From the NCBI RefSeq assembly GCF_036971445.1, contig NC_091473.1, forward strand, positions 205,282,001 to 205,346,000: a DNA stretch of 64,000 nt, given 5' to 3'. The DNA is from Narcine bancroftii. Lineage: Eukaryota. Both the position numbers and the translations under genes were made by a program. This document shows positions 52,431 through 64,000 of the stretch, one piece after another (the first letter of the stretch is position 1; the number at the start of each line of letters is the position of its first letter). Below the pieces are notes generated by a model. It made no database searches, had not been told where the DNA came from, and was given only the letters and a program-made list of their open reading frames with translations.

Positions 52431-55170
52431 ATTATGTGGACTAGCCAACGAGTGGAAAGGCCATACTGGATCTAATTCATGTTGCGGACCTCTAGCTGGA
52501 TAAGCACGTTGGCGAAAGTGGCCGCAACACCCTGAGCTTTAGCATAGTTATGGACAAAGATAACATCAGACAAAATGGAAAAATGTTTAATTGGGTAAGT
52601 GTTAAATAGTTCGGGTTGAGGCAAAAAATTTGCGGAAGTAAATTGGAAAGGAATGTTCACAGGTGAAAGAACAGAATTACTTGTAATAGGTTCAGGATAG
52701 GTTTGTCCCAATGGGAGTAAATGGGAATAAAAAGGAATCGCGATTGATGAAATATGTGAGGTAGCTAGACAAGAGGAGGAAGGAAGCAGACATTAGATAC
52801 AGGAAGCAGGAAGGTCTCATCAGAAATAGATGTACCCAGGAAGGAACTTAAGAAAAGCGTTAGGAGAGCTCGAAAGGTGCATGAGAAGACTTTGGCATGT
52901 AGGAGTGAGGAGAATACAAGGCGTTGCATGTGTACAGGAAGCACAGAAGGATGGCGACAATGAACGTGGGCGCCGCTAAAAGATAAAAGTACAACATGTG
53001 TCTGGAGGCGGAGGAACTCGAGAACGTCCAATATCAGTGGTTCCCGACTTTTAAAATTTCCACTCAGTGAACACTTTAAGTAATCCCTATGGCATAGGTG
53101 CTGTGTGATTAGTGAGGGAGTGTAAAATGTGGAATGTGGGTCGGAAAGAAAGGTTTGAAAACCGCTATTTTAATCGTACCTCATTGACTCGTTATGTGCA
53201 CGGTTTTATAACTCCAAAGGACAATGATAATTTTCCTCAAGCAAAATATTTCAGTTACAATTGGGTCTAGATCAGTGATTCTCAGCCTTCCCTTCCCACT
53301 CACAAACCAAGTTTCTTTAAGCAATCACAGAGCACTTATTTCAGAGGGATTACTTAAAGTAGTATGTAAGTGGAAGGAAAAGGATGGAGAACTACTGTAC
53401 TAAATGAATAATTTGCTCCAGTATTCACAAGATAAAAGAACGCAGATCAGGGTCTGGTCGCAATTCATCCGTTCTGTATTGTGGACAATGTTGAGATTAA
53501 GAAAGAGGAGGTGTTAGATCGTCTTAAAAACATTCCAATTGCTAAGTCCCTCGGACCACTTGCGATATACCTTATTTGCAATGGGAAGCAAAGAAAGAGA
53601 TAGCTGAGGCAATGGCTTTGATCTTCGAGTCCTCTTTGGCTACAGGGTAGGTGCCGTTGGATTGGAGATTGGAAAATGGCATCGCCTTGTTTAAGAAAAG
53701 GTAACAGGGAGAATTCAGGGAATTATAGATTAGTTATTCTTCCGTTAGTCGTTTGCAAATGGAGGATTATTAAGGATAGGATCCCTAACAATTTGGATAC
53801 GTACAGTCTACTCAGAGATAGTCCACATAGCTTTTTGAAGAGAAGAGAAGGTCACGCCTCACTAGTCTAATTGAGTTTTTTGAGGATGTATCAATCGACA
53901 ATCAAAGGCACTGATCAGGGTAGGGCGGTAGGTGTGGTCTATATGGGTCATAGTAAAGTATTTATGAAGGGCCCTCATAAGAAATTTGTTCAGAAAGCCA
54001 TTGTTTGTGTGGATAAAACAATGGGCTTGCATGTATAAAGCAAAGAGTACTGGATGAAGGAATGTATTCTGCTTGGAGAGCAGTGACCAGTACAGTTACG
54101 CAAGGATCTGTTCTGGGACATTTGTTTTTTGTGATCTTTATAAATGACTTAGATGAAGAAGCAGAAAGATGGCTCAGTAAGTTTTCGGATGATATGAAGG
54201 ATGGAGTTGTGGATGGTTCTAAAGGTTGTCACAGGTCACAAAACTATATAAACAGTTCGGCAGAAAAGTGGCAGGTGGAGTTCAATCGAAATATTTTCAA
54301 GGTAATTCATTTTGGAAGGACAAACCAGAAGGATGAACATAGGGTTAATGGTCGGCTACCAATGAGTATGTATGAACAGAGGGACCTTGTCGTCCAAATA
54401 CATCCCCAGGGTCATTGCGCAGATTTATAGGATAGTTAGGAATGCCAATGGGATGTTGCTCTTCATTAATATGGGATCATAGTCAGGATTCCAGAAGTCA
54501 CACTTGGAGTATTATGTCCAGTCTGGTAACTTCCTTGTGGGAAGGATGTGGAATCCATGGAGGAGATGCAGAGGAGATTTATCAGATGTTGCCTGGATTG
54601 GCAAATAAGTGTTATGAGGCAAAATTAGCAGATCTGTTAGTCTTCGCATTGGAGCATGGAAGAAAGAGAGGAGTCAATAGAGGTCTACAAGAATATGAGA
54701 ACCATAGATAAGGTGGACAGCCAGAACCCTTTCCCCAGGACAGGAATAGCAAGCACCAGAGGACATATTTTCATAGTGAACGGAGACAAGTTCAAGTGAA
54801 TCATCTGACGTAGACCTTTTCAACACAGAGAGTTGTGGGTCCGTGGAAATCCATTCTCTGTATCGTGCTGAAGTCGAAAACATTAGGTGAATTTAGGAGA
54901 CTCTTAAATAGGCACATGGCTGAAAGACATATAGGTTATGAGGTGGTGTGGGGGGGGGGTTCGTGGCTTTTTAAATAATGAATTCAGGCATCACGACAAT
55001 ATCGAGGTTCTAATTGCCTGTACTGTGCAGTAGTATTCAATGTTCTATTGTCAATGTTCATGAATATTGCCCACTCCCACAGGCGCGTTAGTATTTATTT
55101 TTAAAGAATATATTGGGTGGCACAACATCGAGGATCAGAGGGCCTGTATTATGCTGTCATGTTTTATGTT
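52430..55170 (+). mobile_element. CR1 LINE fragments (paralog of 5770-8490)
   Basis: WRAVTSTVTQGSVLGHLFFVIFINDLDE..KFSDDMK..AEKWQVEFN. Confidence 0.9.
53035..53397. mobile_element. hAT MITE (paralog of 6364-6731)
   Basis: Termini cagtggttcccgac...gagaactactg and degenerate 8-bp TSD tccaatat/tactaaat. Confidence 0.82.
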
Positions 55171-56116
55171 CCGTTCTATACTATTCTGCTGTCATGTTTA
55201 TGCTGTTTACGATACGAATAATTTGCGTATCCCTTCAACTCTCTCAGTGACCCTTGCAATTAATTCTGGATTATTTCTGTTTGTCACGAGACACATACTG
55301 GAGCGGTGGAGCAGCGGATCCTAAAAGAGACCACAGATAGTTCAATCGGGATCTCGCCAAAGGGGGGACTTGCTCCGTTAAACGGGTGTTCATATACAGA
55401 TAATTTTCATAGGAATGAGCATATAAAGTTGTAAATGTTTTTATATTCAAGTCCTTCAATATTCCCCACAAGCTAAATACCCGGTCCTAATGAACACCCC
55501 CCACTTCCATTCTGACCACCAGAGTGATCATGCAGAAAAAAACATGAAGGTTTGTAGGTTCTGTGACTGTAGTAAATACACACTGCTTATTTTGATTATT
55601 CCTTGAATAAGGGCTCGCAAATATATATTTATTTTTTTATGAACGCTGAAAAGGTCGGCTGAGTTCTTTGAGAATTTTGATGTATTTTTACCAGAAGGAT
55701 CAACAATGTCCATCGGGCGTCTATACTTGGATGATTATTGAATGACATCGTTCTACTGATCGAATTTCTTTCTCAATCAGGAGAAGAGATTCCACAATCC
55801 TCTTCTTTAAACGATAATCGATTAATAATGCGTCGGATATTTTGGGGTACAACGTATCTTTTGCTTTTTGTGAATTTCTGAGGAAGGGTAATGCGGAAAT
55901 TGAGCGAATATNNNNNNNNNNNNNNNNNNNNNNNNNNNNNNNNNNNNNNNNNNNNNNNNNNNNNNNNNNNNNNNNNNNNNNNNNNNNNNNNNNNNNNNNN
56001 NNNNNNNNNNNNNNNNNNNNNNNNNNNNNNNNNNNNNNNNNNNNNNNNNNNNNAGCGAGAGTGTGCGAGGGAGAAAGAAAGGGAGAGAGATAGATAGATA
56101 GGGAGAGAGAGAGAGT

Positions 56117-56169
<53 letters not shown>

Positions 56170-56419
56170 CGTAAGTTACAGAAAAATGGGTGGTCAGGAG
56201 AGAGAATGATGAACACAGAACACGAAAAGGAGATACGTCTATCCAGAAATTGCACACGTTGTTAGAGACCGTAGATAATGGAGCTTTGAACCGCCCCATA
56301 TTCTCCTCTGAAGCAAAAAACCTGCACCAGACCAATATTTCATTATGCAAAGCACAGCTTTGTATTAAAAAATGTGAAACATTTCCGATCATCCCTGTTT
56401 GTTTTGTTAGTACTCAACA

Positions 56420-56800
56420 AGCACCCTGTTTAGTTCACGTTGATTATAATATCCATGTTTCCCCGTGAGTCTCTAATTAAATGGATTCTTTGCGTCCCGT
56501 AGCTACGGTTCACTTTTAAGCTGATCACAATTTCCGTGTTTTTTTGCCAAGGGGTTCTGGCGACGATTCTCTCTCCCAATATCCATCTGAGGTCTCGGTG
56601 GAAAAAGGACGAACTATAACGCTGAACTACAGTTATCCGGAAGCATTCGATGGCTATACTGCCTTCTTGTGTATCCAGTATCCTGAACAGGCGCCGAGAT
56701 TTGTCCTGAAAGTATTAAGCACTAATTTTAAGGACAGGTCTTCGAATTTCCGAGACCGGTTTTCTGCTGTTTATCGGAAAGAAAGTCACGAGATAACAAC
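56420..56800 (+). pseudogene. TCR V pseudogene, subfamily A, 3'-truncated
   Basis: Leader relic without ATG and gtgagt donor at 56465. GSGDDSLSQYPSEVSVEKGRTITLNYSY..AFLCIQYPEQAPRFVLKV..FRDRFSAVY (Cys23 to Tyr, Trp41 to Leu), fused to a CR1 remnant with no RSS. Confidence 0.87.
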
Positions 56801-57539
56801 TACATTTCCTGGGGTCCAATTAATCAAGTCATAGCCTTCTCAACCTCTCTATCCAGATGAGGTCTCCGATTCCTGGCAACATCATGATAAATATTATCTT
56901 GAACCATCCCAGATCGACATCCTCTTTTCTATTGCACGTTGATAAAATCAAAGAAACAAATAATCCAAATCTTGCCGCATCAACGTTTCATACAACTGCA
57001 AAATTAGTTTCAAACTTTTGCACACAAATCTGTAACTGCCTATCTGCAGAGAGGATGGGAACCAGCATATCTAACACTTTACATATACACTTTTCCTATT
57101 CATCTCAGGTTTTAAATAGATTCCTGCCATTCCAGATGTAGGTCCTAACCATTTTATAACGCCCCAACACAACACTTTACATTTCTGAATAAAATTTGAA
57201 CAACCATTCCACCACCAAACTGTTCAAGATTTTGGTGGAACCTTTTGGCAAACATCTTCACAATCTAAAATACCAGACTCTTTAGAATCGTCGAAATATT
57301 TCAAACTACTCACATCTACATTTTCATTTAAAGTATTCGTACGGATGCCTAACAGCAATGGTCTCAGCACCGAAGCCATTGTACGAATGACCTCACCAGC
57401 GAGCGATCAGCAAAACACATACTTGAGGAATACCACTTCGCAGGAAGGGAATATTGCCTATTTTCTGCATTTCCGCGGACTTTCGCTTGCACACAGAACG
57501 AATATTCGAGTCGACTCTGTTTGGTCACGAGGTAAACAC

Positions 57540-58005
57540 CGTTTACCTATTGTCCTATTAATAATTTCAAGGCTCCCCCGTGAGTTTCTCCTTGAATAGT
57601 TCTTTGGGTACTGTGGCTTGTTTTCACTCCCATTTATTGAAGATTCCACGATATGTTTCAGAAGCGTGGGAGATATTTCAACGTCCTAGAATCGTCTGAT
57701 ATGACGCTATAAAAATAACGAGCTGTACGACTGAATGACAGTTACTCGATATCATTCAGTGTCGATGCGGTCATTTGATACCGATGTTGTTCCAAAGAAT
57801 ATTCGAAATATCTTCTGAGGATATTCATCTCTGGGTCGGCAGAAAGATCTCTAGATTCCCCAGACAAGTTTTCTGTTCTTTATCAAAAGAAAAATCGGCT
57901 TGGTTCTTCATCTATCTCTTTGATTCTCTTCCATGACGCCGGGGTATTTCTGTCTGCCACGGGAAGCACACTGTGGTGGAGAATCATCGAATCAGTATAA
58001 AGACA
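57540..58005 (+). pseudogene. TCR V pseudogene, subfamily B, with 23-RSS
   Basis: Leader relic with gtgagt donor (about 57580) and acceptor tttcag (57661). RAVRLNDSYS..VI*YRCCSKEYSKYLLRIFISGSAERSLDSPDKFSVLYQK. RSS CACACTG (57967) + 23 + ATAAAGACA. Confidence 0.82.
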
Positions 58006-58295
58006 AATACCTGGTAATTCTAGCGTGTCTGAGCAAAGGGGGATCGAATTGCAACGATCTGCACTTCCAATTGAATCTCCTCGATTCTTCCTATCTTGTC
58101 GCCATTATCATAATGGAATCACAACGGAACAAATATTTTGGTGTGCAACAAACTTTGTAGTTGTTGTGAATTGCTGACGAAGTGTGTTGCCAGGATTGCG
58201 ATATAATGACATGCATCTTTCTCTTTCTCTCTAATTATTTCTGTCTTTCTCTGCTCCTTTCTGTCTGTCTGTCTGTTTGTCTGTGCGTCTGTCCG

Positions 58296-58346
<51 letters not shown>

Positions 58347-58803
58347 TGCACTTGCAAGTACAAATTAGTATACTCAGTAACTGCGAACGAGAGAGAGAGA
58401 GTGAGTGAGTGAGAGAAATAAAGAAAGAGAGAGCGAGAGNNNNNNNNNNNNNNNNNNNNNNNNNNNNNNNNNNNNNNNNNNNNNNNNNNNNNNNNNNNNN
58501 NNNNNNNNNNNNNNNNNNNNNNNNNNNNNNNNNNNNNNNNNNNNNNNNNNNNNNNNNNNNNNNNNNNNNNNNNNNNNNNNNAAATGTGTCATCAGGCACA
58601 CGCAAATGAGAAAAGTATGCCCAGAAAAGTCCTTAGTTGCAAGTGGCCTGCAAATCATGAACCGAGGAACCGCCCCATATTCTCACGTCAAGCAAAGAAG
58701 CTGCGCTTAATCGGCGTTCTGTCACAAATATCAAATCAATGCTATAAACAGGCCTTTCTGTCTTCCTTATTTGTCTTCCCTTTTTGTTTGGGAGGCACCC
58801 ACC

Positions 58804-59014
58804 ATGTTTCCTGTATGGTTCACGTTGAATAAAATATCTGTGTTTCCTGGTGAGTCACTGCTTAAAGAGATGCTTTGTGTCTCGTAGCTACGGTTCACGG
58901 TCTAGCTGACCACCGTTTATGTTCTCTTTTGCAGTGTCCTTTGGCGACGATTCTATCTTCCATTATGCATTTGAAGTTTCATTGGAATAACTATAAGCCT
59001 GAACTACAGTTACC
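58804..59014 (+). pseudogene. TCR V pseudogene, subfamily A (intact leader, V exon stopped and truncated)
   Basis: Leader MFPVWFTLNKISVFP (58804-58849), gtgagt..ttgcag intron, then SFGDDSIFHYAFEVSLE* followed by truncation. Confidence 0.85.
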
Positions 59015-59639
59015 AAGCAGAAAAGGTTGTTCACCCAACGTTCTCATAAGTATATGTACAACTACAGGATCACTTTTAACAGGCCTGCGGTGCAATGAAT
59101 AATGCCATAACCTCCTCAAACTCTCCATCCGGGTCAGGCCTCCGAGTCCTGCCAACATGCTGATAAATGTTCTCGTCAACCTATCCAGTTTGTTAAATTA
59201 TTTCCTATTGCATAATGACAATGACATCGCAGATTAATCCAAACGAGGCCGCACAAACGAATCGTTCAGCTGCAAGAACATTTTCAAATGTCTGTACTCA
59301 ACACTGTGATGCTGGTGAAGGTGCGGAGTACCTTTACCCCCTGGTCTACAATAAATCACCGTCTTTTAAACCATTGGTTGTGTAGATCCTGCCAACGTCA
59401 GACCTCTCAAATTCAACGTTTCTGAATTAAATTCAACACATCATTCAACTGTCCACAAGGCCAACCGATCATGATTAGGCTACAATCTTTAGCAAACGCC
59501 TTTCAAATCTAAAATACCAGACACTTCAGTGCCATCCGAAAACGTGTTAGTCATTCCACGTAAATCTTCTTTGATGTGATTCGTTATAGATGACAAACAG
59601 CAAATGTTCAGGGCTTGAAGTTGGTGTACGTAATAAAAT

Positions 59640-60500
59640 CTCTGCCCTCCAAACGAAGTATTGAACAGACAAATAAATGGCCAAAAGCTCCTTATCAGAA
59701 CCACTGTATATCTTTTCTTCTTCACGAAGATGGCGGCTGAAGAATGGTAACGATTTCCATTGCCAGTTGACATATTGATGAAGTGCGCCTCCTACGGCTA
59801 TACTGGAAGTGTCTTTGAAAAGGCGGTGGCTACATTTAAAACTTGGTAACTGAGCGTAGTGAAAGGTATCAGCAAATCTTTTGTCTTTAAAAGGTTTAAT
59901 TTCCCTCTTCAGTCCAATGTATGATCCTGGCGTTTCCGGAGAGTGAACCAAAAAGGCGTCATGATAAGAGCTACTCCGGGAAGAAATCATCGGTAAAAAC
60001 TTAACATTCCCAATAATTTCTGCATGGTTTTAACCGTAGCTCGTCTTGATTATTTGATAATGGCATCAACTTTGGATGGCAGCTTAGTCACTCCTCCCTG
60101 AGTAATCCTGTGCTCCAATAAATCAATCGTTTCTTGTTTATAAACGCATGTATCTGGATTGATGGTCAGTCCAATTTCTTGAAGAGCATAAAAAGGGTAC
60201 CAAGATTTTCCAAATGTTGTTACTTAGTCGCACTCGTCACAAAACTATTGTCGAAGTAAATGAAAACATTGGGCATAGCATGTTCTGAAGTATGCATCAC
60301 CCGTTGAAATAATTGATCAGCATTCTCTAATCCGAATAGCATTCGTAACAATTCATACAACCCAAATCGGGTAATTATTGTTGTTTTAGGAATGTCTTCT
60401 GTCTCAACCGGTACTTAGTGATAGCCACACACCAAGTAGATTTTCGAGAATATCTTCCCTCCATGCAAATTAGCCGAGAAATCCTGAAGGTCGGGATATC
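59640..60500 (-). mobile_element. Ty3/Gypsy RT-RNase H fragment
   Basis: IPDLQDFSANLHGGKIFSKI..EDIPKTTIITRFGLYE..FGLENA..FIYFDN (YxDD-like), and DTSSIAVGGALHQ..FFSRHL..YSGSDKELLAIY. Confidence 0.88.
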
Positions 60501-61289
60501 GCTGCTGTAATAAATAGCTAATTGTAGAGATGATCCTCGATCATGACATTCATCCTCCTCGAGCCAAAGGTGGGAATTTTGAAACTGTTAACTGCTCATA
60601 GTTTCTGCTCCGTGGTAGGATGGCCTGTGGCAAAACCAATGGCTGGAAATATACTAACTTCTCAAACTGTGTCCACCTGAAATGTTCGGTGGGACAACTG
60701 GTCCCATACATAGAATAGGCTTGCAGGTTCACAGCAACCGCCACAAACTTACTGGTGGTTGGCCTGGGTGTTTCCTGCAAACTCGCATGGAAGAACACGA
60801 AGACCAGGTGTCCAAAGGCGGCTTTGCTTTGCTTGCAACTTGCCTGATGGTAGAGAAGGATGCGCTAAGAACACGAGAGTGTTACACGGGGCCAATATCG
60901 AAGGGTCTGGTTGTGTGGACTTGTCTTACTTTGCTGTGCTTTTTAAATTTTAACGAATCACGAGCATACCCTTCCTTCTTCTCATAGATCTCTATAAATA
61001 TTGATGTTTAAAAATTCCTGTTGTGGTTTTCTTGACACTCTTCTTTTATCCATATTTTATATTTAGTTTGTTGGGGTTTCGGGAGGGGTGGGGTGATTGA
61101 TAGGATTTTTTTTCCTTTAGCATTTCTTTAATCTAATTTCTCTTTTTAAAAAATACCACCCGTATTTGGATTAAGTTTGAAATATTGTGATATTTTTGCA
61201 ACGTGGTTTTATTTTAAATGAAGAATATAAAACAGCGATGAAGTGTTTGAAAGGCTGGTGATAAAGCTTATCAGCAGTGATATTGATTC

Positions 61290-62585
61290 ATTTCCGTTCG
61301 CCTATTGCAGCAACAAATAAATGGCAGATGCCATATCACTGCCCCTACATGAAGCCCTGGAACACCTGAACAGTAAATGTGCATATATTAGGATGACTTT
61401 TATTGTCCGCATTTTTGCATTTAAGACCATCATGTCCTAAAAACGGATTGGCAAACTCCACGACTCGGTAGCTAACACCACATTGCTTAATTGGAACATG
61501 GATTTCTTTACCTCCATTTCTCAATCAGTGAAGATTGGTAAGAACGTCTCCTCCACTATCTACAATGGTACCAGAGCACCACAGGGATGTGTTGTTATCC
61601 CCTGCTCTATTCACATAACTCCTATGAATGAGTAGTTGGGTATGACATTAACAAAATCTAAACATTTGCCGACGATAGTGGATTGATAAAGAATGGGGAT
61701 GAGTTAGCATACAGGATGGAAATTGAAATCTTGGCTGAATGGTGCACTAATATGAAACTTGCACAGTGTAACCAAACCTAAGAACTGATTGTTGATGTCA
61801 GGAAAGGAAAGCCAGTGGTGTGCAGTCAGGTGATCACTGGGGGAGTGGGTGAGCACATTTAATTTCCTGGGATGCACTATCTCGGAGGATCTTTCCTAGA
61901 CCTAACACACCATTGGCATCGTGAAGAAATCATGACAGCACTTCTACTTCCTTAGGAGTTTTTGGAGGTTTGGTATGAAAACAGAAACCCTAGCAAACTT
62001 CTAAAGATGTGTGGTGATAAGTGTGGTGATTGGCTGTATCATGGTCTGGTATGGGATCACCAACACCCCTGAGTGTAAAGCTTTCCAAAAGGTAGTGGGG
62101 ACAGGCCAGGAAATTACTGACAAAACTCCCCCAACTATTGAGTGCATATACAGGGAATGCTGATTTTGGAATGCAGCAGCAATCATTTAAGACCATCACC
62201 ACATAGCACTTGGACTGCATTCACTACTGCCATCAGGAAAGTGGTATAAGTGCCACAAAACTCACACCTCGAGGTTCAGGAACGGCTGATATCCATCTAC
62301 CATCAGAATCCTCTGAATAAAATTCAATCAGGGCCGAACCTAACGACACTTATTTGGGTACTTTATTCATTTTCTTTGCTCTCCCTGTATTGCACATTAG
62401 TTTGTTTGCATTAGTTATCATTTGACACTTAATTTGATTGTTTATATATTTAAGATGTGTGCCAGGAACTTTTGCTCTATGGTTTAGTGGTAATTCTGCC
62501 ACACCCGCATTAAAAATGTGATATCAAAGTTGATTGTGATGTCATGTATGGAATCTAACAACAAATCTGAAATCTGAATTCTGTA
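61290..62585 (+). mobile_element. Rex1/Babar-like LINE 3' portion
   Basis: APQGCVLSP, FADD, TKPKNx/ELIVDVRK and QHFYFLRSFWRF motifs, with a (tctgaa)-type tail at about 62565-62583. Confidence 0.75.
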
Positions 62586-64000
62586 AATCGAAAGAGCTAA
62601 ATACTGAGACGCGAAATTGAACTTGAGGGAANNNNNNNNNNNNNNNNNNNNNNNNNNNNNNNNNNNNNNNNNNNNNNNNNNNNNNNNNNNNNNNNNNNNN
62701 NNNNNNNNNNNNNNNNNNNNNNNNNNNNNNNNNNNNNNNNNNNNNNNNNNNNNNNNNNNNNNNNNNNNNNNNNNNNNNNNNNNNNNNNNNNNNNNACATT
62801 AACCTGCTCAAAATTTCCTATCTGGAGTGGAAAAACAGAATGATATTCTCTCGGATCCTTGATCATCCGCTAGTGCTCTAGAAGTTTGTTTGTTCCACTT
62901 CCTGTGGCTAAAGGATCGATGGATGTTTCAACTGTACCGATCCACTTAGATTTGCCGTCAAAAGCAGCGGTCGCTCCTCTTAATGTTGACTCTGTGGCCG
63001 CTCACATCAACGATCTCGCTAAGTTATTTTGCTTCGAATGGGAATGCTATCAGATGATTGCTGATAAATTGTCCATCGAATCCGCTGTTTGTCAGATGTT
63101 GGTGCAGCAGAGTAGTAGGGTGATTGATTGGCATTTGTGTTGCTGCCTTTGGTTTGGCGGATGTTATTTATACTCACCCATGAAATACTATGTGGTGCAG
63201 ATTTGAGATTACTCCACCTTTCCTATTGCTATCTGCAAGCTGGAATTGTAGAATTGAAGTCATTATAAATATTAACATTGAAGATGAAAATCTCTGCCAT
63301 ACTGCTTTTGTGGAATGGAGCCACCAGCACTGAATGGACTTTGAAGTAACCAGTAAATAAGCCTTTAGACGGAGTACAGTCGGTAGCAGCATTGGCGGGC
63401 GAAATGGGATAATTGATTCTGGGTGTGCATACCTTCTGTGGCAGGCAGTAAAGTCAAAGATACAAGATACGAAGGTACTGATGCACGTTATTATGGTTAT
63501 GGAGGGGGTTAAAGGCCTTGATCAGGCTGAAAAGCATTAGGCTGCTGGCAATTTATTTTTGCGTTGGATGTTATGCGATGGGACTGTATCGAAAGCCAAG
63601 TAGGTGCGTATGAAATGCATAATTATAGTCGTCAGTATAGTGGCATCCTATAACGTGGAAGGCATGAGTTTAAGTTAGATGCTGCCATACGTTAAGAATA
63701 TGAAATGCTGTTCGTGGAGGTAGGGCTACTTGCAATTTGATTTTTAAACGATTAACGAAGAAGAGTCTAATAAAATGATCTTGCTGCTTAAACGATTTCA
63801 ATACATGAAATAAAAATGTGCTTCATTACATCGTCTCTTGTCTCCGAAATCTTGATCTGTGAAATAAAGAACGAAAGATAAGGACAAATTAAAATATTTT
63901 CTCGCCACAGGGCAGTCATGTCAAAGTTACCTGCGAGGAGAATGTTTCGTGGCATCCTCAAACCGATCGGCAACCTCTGTGTTGTGTATTTCATATCTTC

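Larger units (their letters stand above)
45682..64000 (+). repeat. Segmental duplication, copy B (paralog of 1-10624, with extra internal segments)
   Basis: Colinear with copy A. Extra DNA at about 49222-50680 and about 55910-62860. Lacks the roughly 770 bp present at 3930-4700 in copy A. Confidence 0.95.

Noticed and set aside
56345-56352. Octamer-like ATGCAAAG upstream of a V leader (Ig-type promoter)
   Set aside because: Imperfect match, absent from paralogous promoters, and the gene is a pseudogene.
47147-59014. A-B doublets as NAR-TCR-like cassettes (NAR V + leaderless supporting V delta)
   Set aside because: B copies retain leader and donor relics (for example gtgagt at about 57580) and are homologous to A. 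I saw no D or J (FGxG) segments or 12-RSS between them, and A exons look like ordinary TRAV/DV with a full CDR2 region. A systematic RSS/J scan was not run.
15957-59014. V pseudogenes as a gene-conversion donor pool
   Set aside because: They are riddled with stops, indels and TE insertions and lack conserved Cys/Trp, which fits neutral decay rather than maintained donors.

Overview
This is vertebrate genomic DNA, most likely from a cartilaginous fish (inferred from the HE1/V-SINE-like, CR1, Rex1/Babar and L1 repeat complement). The window is part of a T-cell receptor alpha/delta variable (TRAV/TRDV-type) gene array. I count about 16 V segments, all on the + strand. Two are intact with leader exon, phase-1 intron, V exon and 23-bp-spacer RSS (11718-12590 and 50724-51245). 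One has an open V exon and RSS but a damaged leader and promoter (3298-3779). About 13 are pseudogenes or relics, mostly from two related subfamilies ('A' and 'B') that largely alternate as a tandemly amplified cassette. A large segmental duplication (1-10624 vs 45682-64000) frames the window. Intergenic DNA is dense with retroelements: CR1, two L1-like elements, three young RTE copies, Rex1/Babar, a Gypsy fragment, a solo LTR, a hAT MITE, a V-SINE, and a decayed class I endogenous retrovirus (pol + env) carrying nested insertions. I saw no D, J or C segments. I found no convincing new biological system; the most interesting signals concern how this V array was amplified and decayed. All alignments were made by eye, and relic boundaries are approximate.
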